Source: Octopus sinensis (taxonomy: Eukaryota). Taken from it: 64,000 nt of DNA. The translations under genes and the position numbers were made by a program. Positions 13,546 through 25,691 of this stretch are shown piece by piece; within the stretch, counting starts at the first letter, position 1; each line of letters begins with the position of its first letter. Location: the NCBI RefSeq assembly GCF_006345805.1, contig NC_042999.1, positions 7,998,001-8,062,000 of the forward strand, given 5' to 3'. The notes below the pieces were generated by a model. The model saw only the letters and a list, made by a program, of their open reading frames with translations, made no database searches and had not been told where the DNA came from.

Positions 13546-13755
13546 GTGACCTCGTGAGTACCGCTGGCGATTTTTTTTCCTCTGTCTTCCCTTCTCTGGA
13601 TCTTTCCTTCTCCTATGTTTCCGACGAAGAGCTCTGCTCGAAACGTTAAACCCTCCTTCTTCCCTTCTTTCCTGAGTGTCCAATAATACTTTATCTGTTC
13701 CACGTCCTCGCGTTGTTGTGTTTTTTGTGTTTCTTTTGTGTTTTCTTGTTTGGAT

Positions 13756-13760
<5 letters not shown>
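13546..13760 (+). mobile_element. PLE terminal-repeat fragment with hammerhead-like motif
   Basis: 13617-13651: GUUU-CCGACGA-A-GAGC-UCU-GCUC-GAAAC-GUU-AAAC; flanked by microsatellites. Confidence 0.6.
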
Positions 13761-13807
<47 letters not shown>

Positions 13808-14063
13808 TATATATATATGTGTATGTGTGTGTATGTTCCGTTTGCTAGAGACTGCTATAATGGCAAAGAGAAAGTGAGAGAGAGAGAGAGAAAGGAGAGA
13901 GATTGTATGTGCCTAAGGGGAGATAATCCCTTTTAAGTTTTAGATATTTTTTGTCTTGTTTCAAGTTGGAAAATTCTTCTCAGCAGGTGAAAGATGGAGA
14001 GGAAAGAGCATGCATGTTTTTCATATGATCTTTTTATTTCTAATAGACTTGTCATGTATGGCT

Positions 14064-14096
<33 letters not shown>

Positions 14097-14589
14097 AATG
14101 TAATGGAATGGATAAATGAGAGAGAATGGATTGAATGACATCATTCCATATGACTACAATTGTTTCATCACTTTATCTCTCCCATAACACATTGGTGAGA
14201 CGATAAAACTAACATATTACATAATCAATACTGTCCAAGGTTTTTACCCAAATTTTATTCAAACATATATATAAAAGCATATATATTCTTCTTCTTCCCT
14301 ACCAAGAATTCACAAAGACCTCGAACCCACAAGAGTAAATAAGAGAGACAGAGAAAGGCAGAAACAAAGAAAATGCCTCTTGTATTTGAACACTGTACAA
14401 ATATTCTTTTAAAAAAACTTTTCATTTAATTTTTCTAAATTTAATTGTTTAATTGTTACAGTTGAAAAAGTCTCAATGACTGAAACCGGTACTGAAATGT
14501 TTTTTATAAAATTATTTTAGCATTTTCTATGTTGACTTTTTTATGCATATATATATATATACATATAGACAAACATACAGTTATAGAAA

Positions 14590-14915
14590 TCAACATACAT
14601 ACACCACCACCACCAACATTACCACTGCCACCAACACAACCACTGCTACCAATACCACCATCTTCATCTCCAACAACAGCAGCAATGCCACCAACAACAT
14701 CAACAACACCACCACTACCATTACTATCTCTGCCACCAACACCACCATCTTCATCTCCAACAACGGCAGCAATGCCACCACCACTACCACCACTGCCACC
14801 ACCACTATCTCTGCCGCTAACACCACTACCATCACCACCACCACTACTGCCCCGTCACCACCAACACCAATAACACTGCCATCACCACCTTCATCACCTC
14901 CACCACCAGCACTGT
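14590..14915. repeat. Cryptic (CAC/CAA/CAT) triplet array with an internally duplicated block
   Basis: ACCACCATCTTCATCTCCAACAAC(A/G)GCAGCAATGCCACCA at about 14654 and 14741. Confidence 0.8.
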
Positions 14916-15395
14916 GATGTGTATAGTTAATTGTATCAACTCCAGTAGTTTTGCCTATTAATCTAATTAATGAACCTGGAAATTTGAAAAGCAAATTCAG
15001 TCTTCATTAAATTTGCACCAAGAATCTAATGAAACGAACGTTCCGATGTATATCAACAAAATATGTTGCATGGTGAGAAACCGAAAAAATACACCCCAGT
15101 GCTTTCAAATATAAAAAAAAATCACTCCCCCCTTCTTCTGTACCAAGTGGCACAAACAAGCCCTTGTCAATCTACCCAAATGCAACACCCTGCCCCCCCC
15201 ACCACCCCACTCACTCGAATTCAATCGCAAATTCAATGAACCAATAATTAAAGTGCTTGAAACCTGTTTGCAATGATATCATTGTTTACAAAAATGGCAA
15301 ATGAAATAAAAACAAACAAAAGAAAAAGATGCAGGCAAGGCTTATTGTTTGGTACTTCATTGTTCATTCCACCTCCCACCACTCTGCTGCTGCTG

Positions 15396-15452
<57 letters not shown>

Positions 15453-15479
15453 ATAATAATAATAATAATAATAATAATT

Positions 15480-15690
15480 TTTTCTACTCTAGGCACAAGG
15501 ACCAGAATTTTTAGAGAGGGGGGCCAGTCGATTAGATCGACCTCAGTATGCAACTGGTAGTTAATTTATCGACCCTGAAAGGATGAATGGTAAAGTTGAC
15601 CTCCACGGGATTTGAACTCAGAACATAAAGACAAATGAAATACCACTAAGCATTTCACCCTGTGTGCTAACATTTCAGCCAGTTCGCTGC
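15480..15690 (-). mobile_element. SINE family A, variant tail (A2)
   Basis: Family A core with tail CTCTAGGCACAAGG; relatives at 17634-17850(+), 26107-26310(+), 57225-57428(-). Confidence 0.75.
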
Positions 15691-15828
15691 TGCCTTATCA
15701 CAGATAATTATTTTCTACTCCAGACATAAGACCCAGAATTGTTGAGGAAAAGGTCAGTCGATTAGATCGACCCCATTAAATAACTGGCACTTAATTTATC
15801 GACCTTCCCCTCCTCCAAAAAGCAGTGG

Positions 15829-15862
<34 letters not shown>

Positions 15863-15864
15863 TA

Positions 15865-16270
15865 GGTGTAGGAGTGGCTGTGTGGTAAGTAGCTTGCTTA
15901 CCAATCACAAGGTTCCAGGTCCAGTCCCACTGCGTGGCACCTTGAGCAAGTGTCTTCTACTATAGCCTCGGGCCGACCAAAACCTTGTGAGTGGATTTGG
16001 TAGACAGACACTGAAAGAAGCCCGTCGTATATATATATATATATATATGCATGTATGTGTGTGCATGTTTGTGCCTGTGTTTGTCCCCATAACATCGCTT
16101 GACAACCGATGCTGGTGTGTTTTCATCCCCACAACTTAGCAGTTCGGCAAAAGAGACTGATACAATAAGTACTGGGCTTACAAAAAATAAGTCCTGGGTT
16201 CGATTTGTTTGACTAAAAGGCAGTGCTCCAGCATGGCCACAGTCAAATGACTGAAACAAGTAAAAGAATA
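15865..16270 (+). mobile_element. tRNA-derived SINE family B (CORE-like)
   Basis: Head GGAGTGGCTGTGTGGTAAG, GGCACCTTGAGCAAGTGTC, internal (TA)/(TG) run, tail GACTGAAACAAGTAAAAGA. Confidence 0.85.
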
Positions 16271-16275
16271 TAGAA

Positions 16276-16315
<40 letters not shown>

Positions 16316-16821
16316 GTAATAATAATAGTAATAATATTCAGTATTTGTTAAGGCCATTTATATCCGAGGTTCCTACAAAAAGAAGAATGGAAAATAGAAG
16401 GTATAGAAAATGAAATGAGTATTTTTTAAACTAAAGAAATTTTGTTTTAAAAGAAAAAAAATGAAGATTCTTAGTTTTGGCAAAGATTGCATTTAAAAAC
16501 CAGAATTGAGTACATATCTTTAGACTGGTGGAATTAATAAGTGATCTAACGGTTTTACACATTAGTTGTTCTACAACGTTTGAAAGAAAGGTTTATAATG
16601 GTGCAGACATTAACAGGAAATAAAAAAAGAGAATAAGAGAGAAAAAAAACAGCAATAAAGCAAACAAAACGTAAAAACATTGCTGCACAGTGGAGCTCTG
16701 TGTCTGGATATCTTTCACTTCCGTGGCATTTCCTCCGTTCTCCGGATGGATCGATAACCTACCAGCCTCGAGCAGACTTGGAAACTTGTACTGTTCATGT
16801 GACTAATAGCATCAAGCAAGT

Positions 16822-17191
16822 GGAGGCGCAATGGCCCAGTGGTTAGGGCAGCGGACTCGCGGTTTCGATTCCCAGACCGGGCGTTGTGAGTGTTTATTGA
16901 GCAAAAACACCTAAAAGCACCATGAGGCTCCGGTAGGGGATGGTGGTGATCCCTGCTGTACTCTTTCACCACAACTTTCTCTCACTCTTACTTCCTGTTT
17001 CTCTTGTACCTGTATTTCAAAGGGCCGGCCTTGTCACTCTCTGTGTCACGCTGAATCTCCCCGAGAACTACGTTAAGGGTACACGTGTCTGTGGAGTGCT
17101 CAGCCACTTACACGTTAATTTCACGAGCAGGCTGTTCCGTTGATTCGGATCAACCGGAACCCTCATCGTCGTTACTGACGGAGTGCTTCCA
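16822..17191 (+). mobile_element. tRNA-derived SINE family D (possibly octopus OR-type; name unverified)
   Basis: Head GGAGGCGCAATGGCCCAGTGGTTAGGGCAGCGGACTCGCGG with B-box GTTTCGATTCC; near-identical copy at 56323-56703, decayed copy at 28235-28590. Confidence 0.85.
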
Positions 17192-17633
17192 GATTTGATA
17201 ATGTATAATGAGGCAAAACTGACCGTTTTTTTAGAGGGGAGAGTCTTTTTTGTATAATCTTCATTTATTTGTTTTGCAAGTTTGTGTTTAATCTAGATTT
17301 GGACATGTTACGTGAATTGGTTGAAGCTGTGATGTGAAATAAGAGAAGCTGGTTGATAGTTACTAACAATGAATTAGTATCCGAGTAATGGATACTAATT
17401 GGGTTTTCTAATCAGAAAGGAATTGTCAAAGAACAAATTTTTTTTCTCTTTGATAAAAAGGACTCAGGCACATTCAATTGACCCAAGTTAATGTATTTTG
17501 GCTGCTGTTTATTTTAATGGCTATCAGTAGAAAAAAGTCTAAGTTCGTTCGATTTGAACTTTAGAGAATGAATTCTCTAGGGATGTTATTTTACGATTTT
17601 GGCTTCTTGCATGGATATTAATTTGGTGTCCAA

Positions 17634-17850
17634 AGCAACGAGCTGGTGGAATCATTAGCACACGAGACAAAATGCTGAGCTGTATTTTGCCTGCCTTTAC
17701 ATTTTGAGTTCAAATGCTGCCAGGGTTGACTTTGCCTTTCTTCGTTTCAGTGTCTCTAAGATAAGTACCAGTTGAGTACTGGGGTCGATGTAATCGACTT
17801 ACCCCCTCCGTCCCCTGAAATTGCTGGCCTTGTGCCAAAATTTGAAACCA
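17634..17850 (+). mobile_element. SINE A2, decayed
   Basis: GAGCTGGTGGAATCATTAGC head, GGTTGACTTTGCC core. Confidence 0.7.
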
Positions 17851-18121
17851 ATATTTGATATGATGACAGAAAAGACATCCAACCATTGAAAGGAGTTCCA
17901 TCTCATCCACGCAGGAGGTGACAATGATAAAGACAATGACTATGACGATGATGATGATGATGACGACGACGATGATGATAAGAAATAATGAGTTTTTTTT
18001 GCTGTACAATATGCTTCATATTTGTTTATTTGACAATCGCAACTTGACTCCTGAGTATCTTTAACGGAATATATTCTGTTACAACCATTCAGACCATGTC
18101 TCAAACCCCCGCCCCACCTAT

Positions 18122-18350
18122 TTTTTTACTACCCACAAGGGGCTAAACACAGAGGGGACAAACAAGGACAGACACACGGATTAAGTCGATTACATCGACC
18201 CCAGTGCATAACTGGTACTTAATTTATCGACCCCGAAAGGATGAAAGGCAACGTCGACCTTGGCGGAATTTGAACTCAGAACGTAAAGACAGACAAAATA
18301 CAGCTACGCATTTCGCCCGGCATGCTAACGTTTCTGCCAGCTCACCGCCC
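18122..18350 (-). mobile_element. SINE family A
   Basis: Full-length reverse copy. Confidence 0.85.
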
Positions 18351-19218
18351 TACCACCACCACTCTTCCTCTCTTGGAAACCCTAAAAATGACTGAGAAAC
18401 TGGTATTACTTGAATGAGTAACATATCTTCTGCATAACCCCGTTCTCTGCTAAATCTACAACTCTTTTATGGTTCTTTGCAACAGACATTTTCCCATCAT
18501 TTATACCATTAATGTCAATGCCAAAGATATGCTTTCACTCATAAATGCTTCATAATTTTCTTCTTACATAATATGAAACATAATGCTTATGCAAGAAAGG
18601 TATTATGATCACTTTTATAATCTTAGTTTGTAAGTGAATGATCCTGTATCTGTCTTTCTATTTATTTATCTAGTTATTTATCTGTGTATATTTTCTTTTC
18701 TTTTCTAGGTGAGTAAATTGCAGCTTAAAATTCTTATCAAAGCTATTTTCCACCATCTCTGAAATAAATGTGACAGGTAACGTAATAGCAAAACTCTTCT
18801 TCTTCTCATAATAAAATCTATGAAAATATTTAAGAGGGAAAAATAATCCCAGATGAAAATAAAGAAAAAATTTGCTAATTACCTGCAAAGGGGAAAAAAC
18901 CTTTATTTCCCATGCTTTCATTAATATTTTAATATCTACGAAATGCATTTTCCAAAATGGAAAAAATTCTTTACTCTCAGATGCTGACTCTGTATTGAGA
19001 GCTGTATGACAGTTATCAATAAGAATTTGAATTAATCATTGAAAAAAAAAATTCTGAAATCTGTTGCTAAATTGATTTATCAGTGATGGACACAGTTTGT
19101 AAGTTGTGACATTCAACAGATTTCTGTCAAAAGTTAGAATATTTGCCTCATAACAAACAGCAATGGCACTGAAAATTTAACTAAAAGCTTACATAATTTT
19201 ACACTTTTAGGATGATTG

Positions 19219-19475
19219 ATGCTAAATATTCTGTTGTGTCTCGGGAGAGTTATTTTCTTTTTCTGCCTTATAATATAACACACTCACTGGTAAAATTTCC
19301 ACTTTTTTCCTATTTTTATTTTCCTAAAATATTTGTTGCGTCTTGCAACCTTTTCAATAGTTTTAAGGCACAAAAAGAAAATGACTCTCCTCAGATTCAA
19401 CAGAATATGCTTCAACACACGAACTCATATAAAGAATCTTGCAAACCAAATCCCAAAACGAAATAATGCTAAATA
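19219..19475. mobile_element. Foldback retroposon-like insertion with 10-bp target-site duplication
   Basis: Inverted arms of about 45 bp (about 19226-19270 and 19364-19408); ATGCTAAATA at 19219-19228 and 19466-19475. Same family as 37764-38074 and 47350-47515. Confidence 0.7.
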
Positions 19476-20175
19476 GTTTATTGTGAAACATTAAAAATTA
19501 CTCAAGCTTTTCCACTTCTTACATGTTAGTGTATTTGACATGAAGGTGTTGCTCCATCATGGGCTGAACTGTGTTGGTTAAACCAAACTAAATAACGAAA
19601 GAACACGATTTTCAAAAATTGTTAACATAAAATCTTTCATTGAACTGAAGACTTCATAAGATAAGTCTATCTTAGGTCTATTTCTTGTAATTCCAAGTGA
19701 ATGCTTTGTGTTATTGGCATCCATGTAAATATCTCGGGGCATGCAAAGACAACAAAACTCTTTGAGTAAATTTTAATTTATTATTGACAAACCGTTAATT
19801 CTTAACAGCATTTCTTCAACTATTTCACTTCTACCAATTTATAAATGTTTTTTAAAATGTAATGAACAAATATATACTGATGCAATATTTAGAAATTATT
19901 AAAAATATACTTTTAAAAATTTCAAATAAATTTATAAATGATTAACTACAAAAAGTAGTTTTAGAAAAATGGCCCCAAAATCAACTCTCATGATAAGGAA
20001 GGAGAATCTTATTCATGCAGGATATCTTAAGTTTTCTTTGGATTTATTATGAGGAAATTTCTTTTCAATACTAACATGGCATGCATTTTAATAATAAAAT
20101 GCTTGCAACTTATAGAAGATGCAATACTGTAAATGTAACACTGGGGTGGGGAGGAATATGCAAAATGTTACTAGT

Positions 20176-20243
20176 TGGAACTAAAGTATGGAACTGAAGT
20201 ATGGAACTAAAGTATGGAACTGAAGTATGGAACTGAAGTATGG
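20176..20243. repeat. 13-bp minisatellite TGGAACT(A/G)AAGTA x5
   Basis: Directly visible. Confidence 0.95.
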
Positions 20244-21421
20244 TGTGTTTAAAATGCTGGGCATTAATGTTGTTTATAAATATTTTAATGGAGAGCATTT
20301 CAGCATAATTCCGGAAATGAGGTACTTAAGAGAACCTCAATAAAATAAAATACCAATCCATAAACATGGAAAGCTAAAATTCCAGATGAAAAACTCCATT
20401 AAACAGCACTTAATTAGCCAAATTTCTATGAAGGGAAGCATCTAAAATCATGGCAATTACAATGGAATTTGACTGTGTGTTGGTGAGGATCACAGAATAT
20501 ATAACAGGATTCATACAAACTAAGACCACTTACCAATTCCCTTCTGATGCCATCTCACTTAGAATATTAGCTTCTCTTGCATTGGAAAAAGTGAAACATT
20601 TCTTTTCAATGGAAAATAGTTATTTTTGGTTTCATGGTGTTGCTGGAATAAAAGCAATCTTTGGGATATTACATTGGTTGGAAAATAAATTGGATCTGCT
20701 GCCTACTCTTGTTTGCCTTTCAAAGACAAATCTTATATTGAGATGTCAAGTTATTCTTCATGAGGTAAAAAATTCTTTAGTGATCTTGTATTTCTTCTCA
20801 ACAACTAGGTTAACTGCGGTAGGTGGAATATGATGTTTACACAGCATTAGGACTTACCGAAACATAAATATAATGTCTGTGAGTGTATGTGAGGTTTTAC
20901 AAAGTAGTCCTATAGACCCATTCTTTTGACTTATGGAGTAATGTCTTGGGAAATGAATGAACTTCACATCTTTATCACACTCTTTATGCTACAGAAAAGC
21001 AAGCTCTTAGCACTTAATCAAAACCAAAATAATATTCTTACAACTCAGTAATTGCTGTTGTGAAGAAATCTTGTTTGATTCTTGTTTTCAGGCATTAAAC
21101 TTGGCATCAAACAATATCATTTACTCTTAACTTCCATAAATATGAAACTGCATAATTGTATAAGAAATTCGTATTTCTGCATTGAATAGATAGGAGAGGT
21201 GCATAAGTGCACAGATATTCGAAATGTATCATGGGAAAGCTCTCTAAAGATTTGCTGCAAAGATAAAAATATACAAAGAAGAAATAGAATGGCATATGTT
21301 TCCCCCCTTTGTTTTTTTTTTGCTTTTTTTATTTTTGTAATTTAACAAATTGAGTAAAAGGATCTGAAAGTCTGTAAATAAATTATTCACATATGCACAC
21401 ATTCACAAACACCAGGCTAAA

Positions 21422-21457
<36 letters not shown>

Positions 21458-21483
21458 CGTCAATAATAATAATAATAATACTG

Positions 21484-21528
<45 letters not shown>

Positions 21529-22429
21529 GTAGTATTCAGTCAACGTTTTATAAAAATTCAAAGCAAGAATTTTACAATTTCTTAAATGAGAAAATAAAAG
21601 TTGAAAAATGAAAGAAAGATAATAAAAAGAAATAGAATGAAAGACAGAGAGAAAGAAAGAAGAGTGTGAAAGGCAAAATTGAGGGGGTAAACAGAAATAT
21701 CTAAAGAAGCAAAAATAAATATAAACAAATGAGAGAGAGGACACTTGGAGAGAGTGAGTGAGTGAGAGAGAGAGAGTGAGAGAGAGAGAGAGAGAGACCA
21801 GGAGAAAGAAAAAAGAGAGAAAAGCACTCAGAAAGAAACAAAAGGTAGAACAAATGATTGTTCATGAAATGCTATTGTAGAAGCGAAGTAAATGGAATGG
21901 CCATAATTTGTTGGCAGAAATGGATGGTTTAAAAGCCAGATTGTTAATCAGGAAAAAGTAAATAAAAACTTTTGAAAAAAATTAATAGAATTTTTTAAAA
22001 AATATCAACAGCCAAGGAACAATGAAAGAATATTTGCATTTCTAAAACAAATATTTTTTTCTTCATTGTTTCTAAAAGCAAATTATTTGACCATTCCAAT
22101 ATAATCAATAATGATTGTAACGATGTCAAACTGATTCAATGCCAGGGCAAATTTTCATTTGGCCAAACTTGTCTACCAGTTCTTCCCATTCTTTATTAGA
22201 ATGGTTTCTTTTATCAAAACTTCCTGTTTTCCCTTAACCCCATTTATTTGTATAATGTTCCTGGTTTTATCTGTTCATTTCTTTTAACAACTTTGCTATA
22301 AGCAGAGAAGATTTTTTTTTTTTTGGTAGAAGCATTTATTAAAAAGTGGATTGACCTTAGTATATGCACAGATTTTCTAGTAATGCAAAAAAGCTCATTT
22401 CTCAAGGGATTTGCAGACTTATTTCTTTA

Positions 22430-22862
22430 TTGCTCACTAGGGGCTAAACATAGAGAGGACAAACAAGGACAGACAAAGGGGTTAAGTTGATTACATCGAC
22501 CCCAGTGTGTAACTGGCACTTACTTTATTGACCCCAAAAGGATGAAAGGCAAAGTCGACCTCGGCGGAATTTGAACTCAGAATGTAGCGGCAGACGAAAT
22601 ACCTATTTCTTTACTAACCACAAGGGGCTAAGCACAGAGAGGACAAACAAGGACAGACAAATGGATTAAGTCGATTACACCGACCCCAGTGCGTAACTGG
22701 TACTTAATTTATCGACCCTGAAAGGATGAAAGACAAAATCGACCCTGAAGGGAAGAAAGACAAAATCGACCTCGGCGTAATTTGAACTCAGAATGTAAAG
22801 GCAGACGAATTACCACTAAGCATTTCACCTGGAATGCTAACGTTTCTGCCAGCTCACCACCT
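22430..22862 (-). mobile_element. SINE family A dimer with an internal partial duplication
   Basis: Junction GCAGACGAAATACCTATTTCTTT at 22590-22612. Confidence 0.8.
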
Positions 22863-22914
22863 TAAGGGATTTGCAGACTTATAAGGGGTCAACATTGAGT
22901 GTTTAACACCATTT

Positions 22915-23375
22915 ATTGCCCAAAACCACTACAAGTTGTGGTGGCACAATCAGGTTGCAAAAGTGCCACATTGGAAATTGTGTGAAAAGTGGGGGCTAGA
23001 GAGAGGTAAGACGTGGTATGAGCACAAACCGCAGAGAGTGGTGGAGTCAGAGACTAGAAGAATCCTCTGGGATTTCCCAATCCAAACAGATCAGGTGCCA
23101 GAGCATAACAGATGGAATCTGGTGTTGGTCGAGAAGATGCAGCACATGTTCTAATATAGTTGATGTTGCATTCCCTTTTGACTCACGAATAATCGAGAAG
23201 GAAGGTGAAACAAAAAAGAAGGTAAATTCAACAATATGGTATAGCCCAGCTATGGAAAATACAGAAGGGGAACATAGTGCTAATTACTGTTGGGTCCTAG
23301 GGAAGAGTATCAGAAGGCATCTAGGGGAATATAAAGGAAATTGGAATAGAAAGCCCAGTAGAACTGTTACAAAAG
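22915..23375 (+). pseudogene. 3' fragment of an R4/Dong-like non-LTR retrotransposon (restriction-like endonuclease region), frameshifted
   Basis: HNQVAKVPHWKLCEKWGL..WYEHKPQRVVE..ILWDFPIQTDQVPEHNR, then IVDVAFPFDSRIIEKE and EIGIESPVELLQK across frames. These match the RH..PD..D..K endonuclease layout as I recall it. Confidence 0.75.
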
Positions 23376-23418
23376 TAAGGTGAATAAAATCAAAATAAGG
23401 AAGAGATCAAGTAGTGAC

Positions 23419-23509
23419 GCAGTACAACCGTTTCGAGCAGCTCCATTTAATTGAACAATGCAATCATTACATCAATTTACAATTTAAATGCAGTGCTATC
23501 TTCAGCTGC
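23419..23509 (-). ncRNA. Type-I hammerhead-like motif with long stem II
   Basis: GCAG-CUGAAGA-U-AGCA...UGCU-C-GAAAC-GGUU-GUA-CUGC; stem I GCAG/CUGC. The stem II closing pair is imperfect. Confidence 0.5.
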
Positions 23510-23695
23510 ACAAATAATTAAATGGAATTTAACCCTATGACGCTATCATGCTCTATGCAATTCTTAGAAGTTGTTGTCTGTTCTTAGCTACAATGGCGAC
23601 AGCATGAATGTCTTTCATCTTCTTACGCTATTAAAATATTTAAGAAAAATTATATTAATGTGTCCTACTTGTTAAAATTCTATTTATTTATTTGT

Positions 23696-23779
23696 GCAGC
23701 TGAAGATGGCACTGCATTTAAATTGATGTAATTGTTGCATTGTTCAATTAAATGGAGCTGCTTGAAACAGTTGTACTGC
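23696..23779 (+). ncRNA. Type-I hammerhead-like motif with long stem II
   Basis: GCAG-CUGAAGA-UGGCA...UGCUU-GAAAC-AGUU-GUA-CUGC. Confidence 0.5.
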
Positions 23780-24013
23780 ATCACTACGCGATATCCTCTT
23801 CCTTATTTCAATATATATATATATATATATATATAAATAATAAATATTAGGGAATATATCCAAATTTACAGGGAAAAAAAATCAGATTTAGGATTAAATC
23901 CAATTTTATAGTAAAATATTATAAAATATTATTTGAGACAAAACCACTATTTTGCAAAACAAACAAGGAAAGACTTAATCAATACATAAAATTAATAAAT
24001 AGTAAAAAAACCG

Positions 24014-24056
24014 CCACTACAATCGTTTCTTGTCTTGATCGACAATCTTCAGGTGG
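24014..24056 (-). ncRNA. Minimal type-I hammerhead ribozyme motif (copy 1)
   Basis: CCAC-CUGAAGA-UUGUC-GAUCAA-GACAA-GAAAC-GAUU-GUA-GUGG; stems I and II fully paired. Confidence 0.7.
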
Positions 24057-24468
24057 ACTTCCAATCTAAAAAATCAAAATTTTAAAATATAAAAATAATA
24101 CTTTTAAATAATTAAAGTATAAATGAAAAAATATAAGTATATAATCCATATATAACCTATATATAATCCATATCGAAAATATAGACTAATTACCACGAAT
24201 TCCCTAAAAAAAAAAAACCATGATAAAACAAAACTCTTAAAAACATATAACACATGTTGTTGCATGTTTTTGAACCTCACAACAGAAACTGTCATTGCTA
24301 GGGATGTCCAATGAGTACCTGTTTTGCAAGGCCTTGGATAGAAAAAATACCTTACAATATATATATGTGTGTGTGCGTGTGTGTGTGTGTGTGTGTACCC
24401 ACAAATCAATGCACATAAAGAAAGCTTTCAGATTTCCAGAACATCATGGTTACACAATGATTCAGTTT

Positions 24469-24506
<38 letters not shown>

Positions 24507-24591
24507 TATTTGAGACAAAACCACTATTTTGCAAAACAAACAAGGAAAGACTTAATCAATACATAAAATTTAATAAATAGTAAAAAAACCG

Positions 24592-24634
24592 CCACTACAA
24601 TCGTTTCTTGTCTTGATCGACAATCTTCAGGTGG
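24592..24634 (-). ncRNA. Minimal type-I hammerhead ribozyme motif (copy 2)
   Basis: Identical to copy 1, 578 bp away on the same strand. Confidence 0.7.
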
Positions 24635-25531
24635 ACTTCCAATCTAAAAAATCAAAATTTTAAAATATAAAAATAATACTTTTAAATAATTAAAGTATAA
24701 ATGAAAAAATATAAGTATATAATCCATATATAACCTAATCATGGTTTTTTTAGGTAATTTGTGGTATTTTGTCTATTTTAGGTGTTGGTTATTTTTTTAC
24801 ATTGTTTCATTCATAATTTTTGAGTGGTGTTCGTTTTGCCACGTGAATAACCGGGTGGTGGACTAGCGTTGCTTGGAATGTGAATGGAATAGTGTAGTAG
24901 TGAGGTAGGCATAGAGAATGGGATTGGGTTACTGCAAGTTGTTAGTTAGAGATGCTAAGGTGAGTTAAAGCTCATAAATGTATATAATGTTTTTTGTGGG
25001 TGTGTAAGTATTGTTGTATATGTCGAGTTTAGTGAGTATGTATAGGCGTATATGTGAGGGAGTATATGTATCTTTTGTGTGTGAGTGTTTTGCGTGTGAG
25101 TGTGTGTTTGTGTGTGAATGTGTATATGGGTTTGTTATTTAGGTTTTGGGATGTATGTGTTAATTTGTCTGTGTGGGGAGGGAGTGGGTTTTGGTGTATA
25201 TTGAGGTTTATAAGTTAGTATAGGTATGTGTATAAGTCGTGAGTCTGTGGTTTACGTGTGTGTATTTGTGTGTGAATGTTTAGGTTAGGGGGTTTACTTT
25301 ATAGGTTTGTTATAGAGTTTAGCAAATGGAGATTTTATCGTTATATGTTTTTAAGAGTTTTGTTTTATCATGGTTTTTTTTTAGGGAATTCGTGGTAATT
25401 AGTCTATATTTTCGATATGGATTATATATAGGTTATATATGGATTATATACTTATATTTTTTCATTTATACTTTAATTATTTAAAAGTATTATTTTTATA
25501 TTTTAAAATTTTGATTTTTTAGATTGGAAGT

Positions 25532-25574
25532 CCACCTGAAGATTGTCGATCAAGACAAGAAACGATTGTAGTGG
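25532..25574 (+). ncRNA. Minimal type-I hammerhead ribozyme motif (copy 3)
   Basis: Identical motif on the plus strand; predicted cleavage after GUA at 25570. Confidence 0.7.
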
Positions 25575-25659
25575 CGGTTTTTTTACTATTTATTAAATTT
25601 TATGTATTGATTAAGTCTTTCCTTGTTTGTTTTGCAAAATAGTGGTTTTGTCTCAAATA

Positions 25660-25691
<32 letters not shown>

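Larger units (their letters stand above)
23393..23808. mobile_element. Inverted-repeat element (about 135-bp arms), each arm with a hammerhead-like motif
   Basis: Arms 23393-23530 and 23675-23808 are reverse complements with scattered mismatches. Confidence 0.8.

Noticed and set aside
14529-14994. Thr/Asn/Pro-rich mucin-like ORFs
   Set aside because: Cryptic triplet repeat open in several frames on both strands; no splice or domain support.
16822-16880. tRNA-like sequences at SINE heads (also 39866-39930, 56323-56390)
   Set aside because: No complete cloverleaf; they run into SINE bodies, so they are not tRNA genes.
19500-19840. Protein-like minus-strand frame (NLLKEFCCLCMPRDIY...)
   Set aside because: Interrupted by stops with no good acceptor; frames of this length arise by chance in AT-rich DNA.
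20450-21260. 127-aa ORF and splice-like signals on both strands
   Set aside because: No recognisable domain; the minus-strand exon candidates contain stops. Cannot be supported without RNA-seq.
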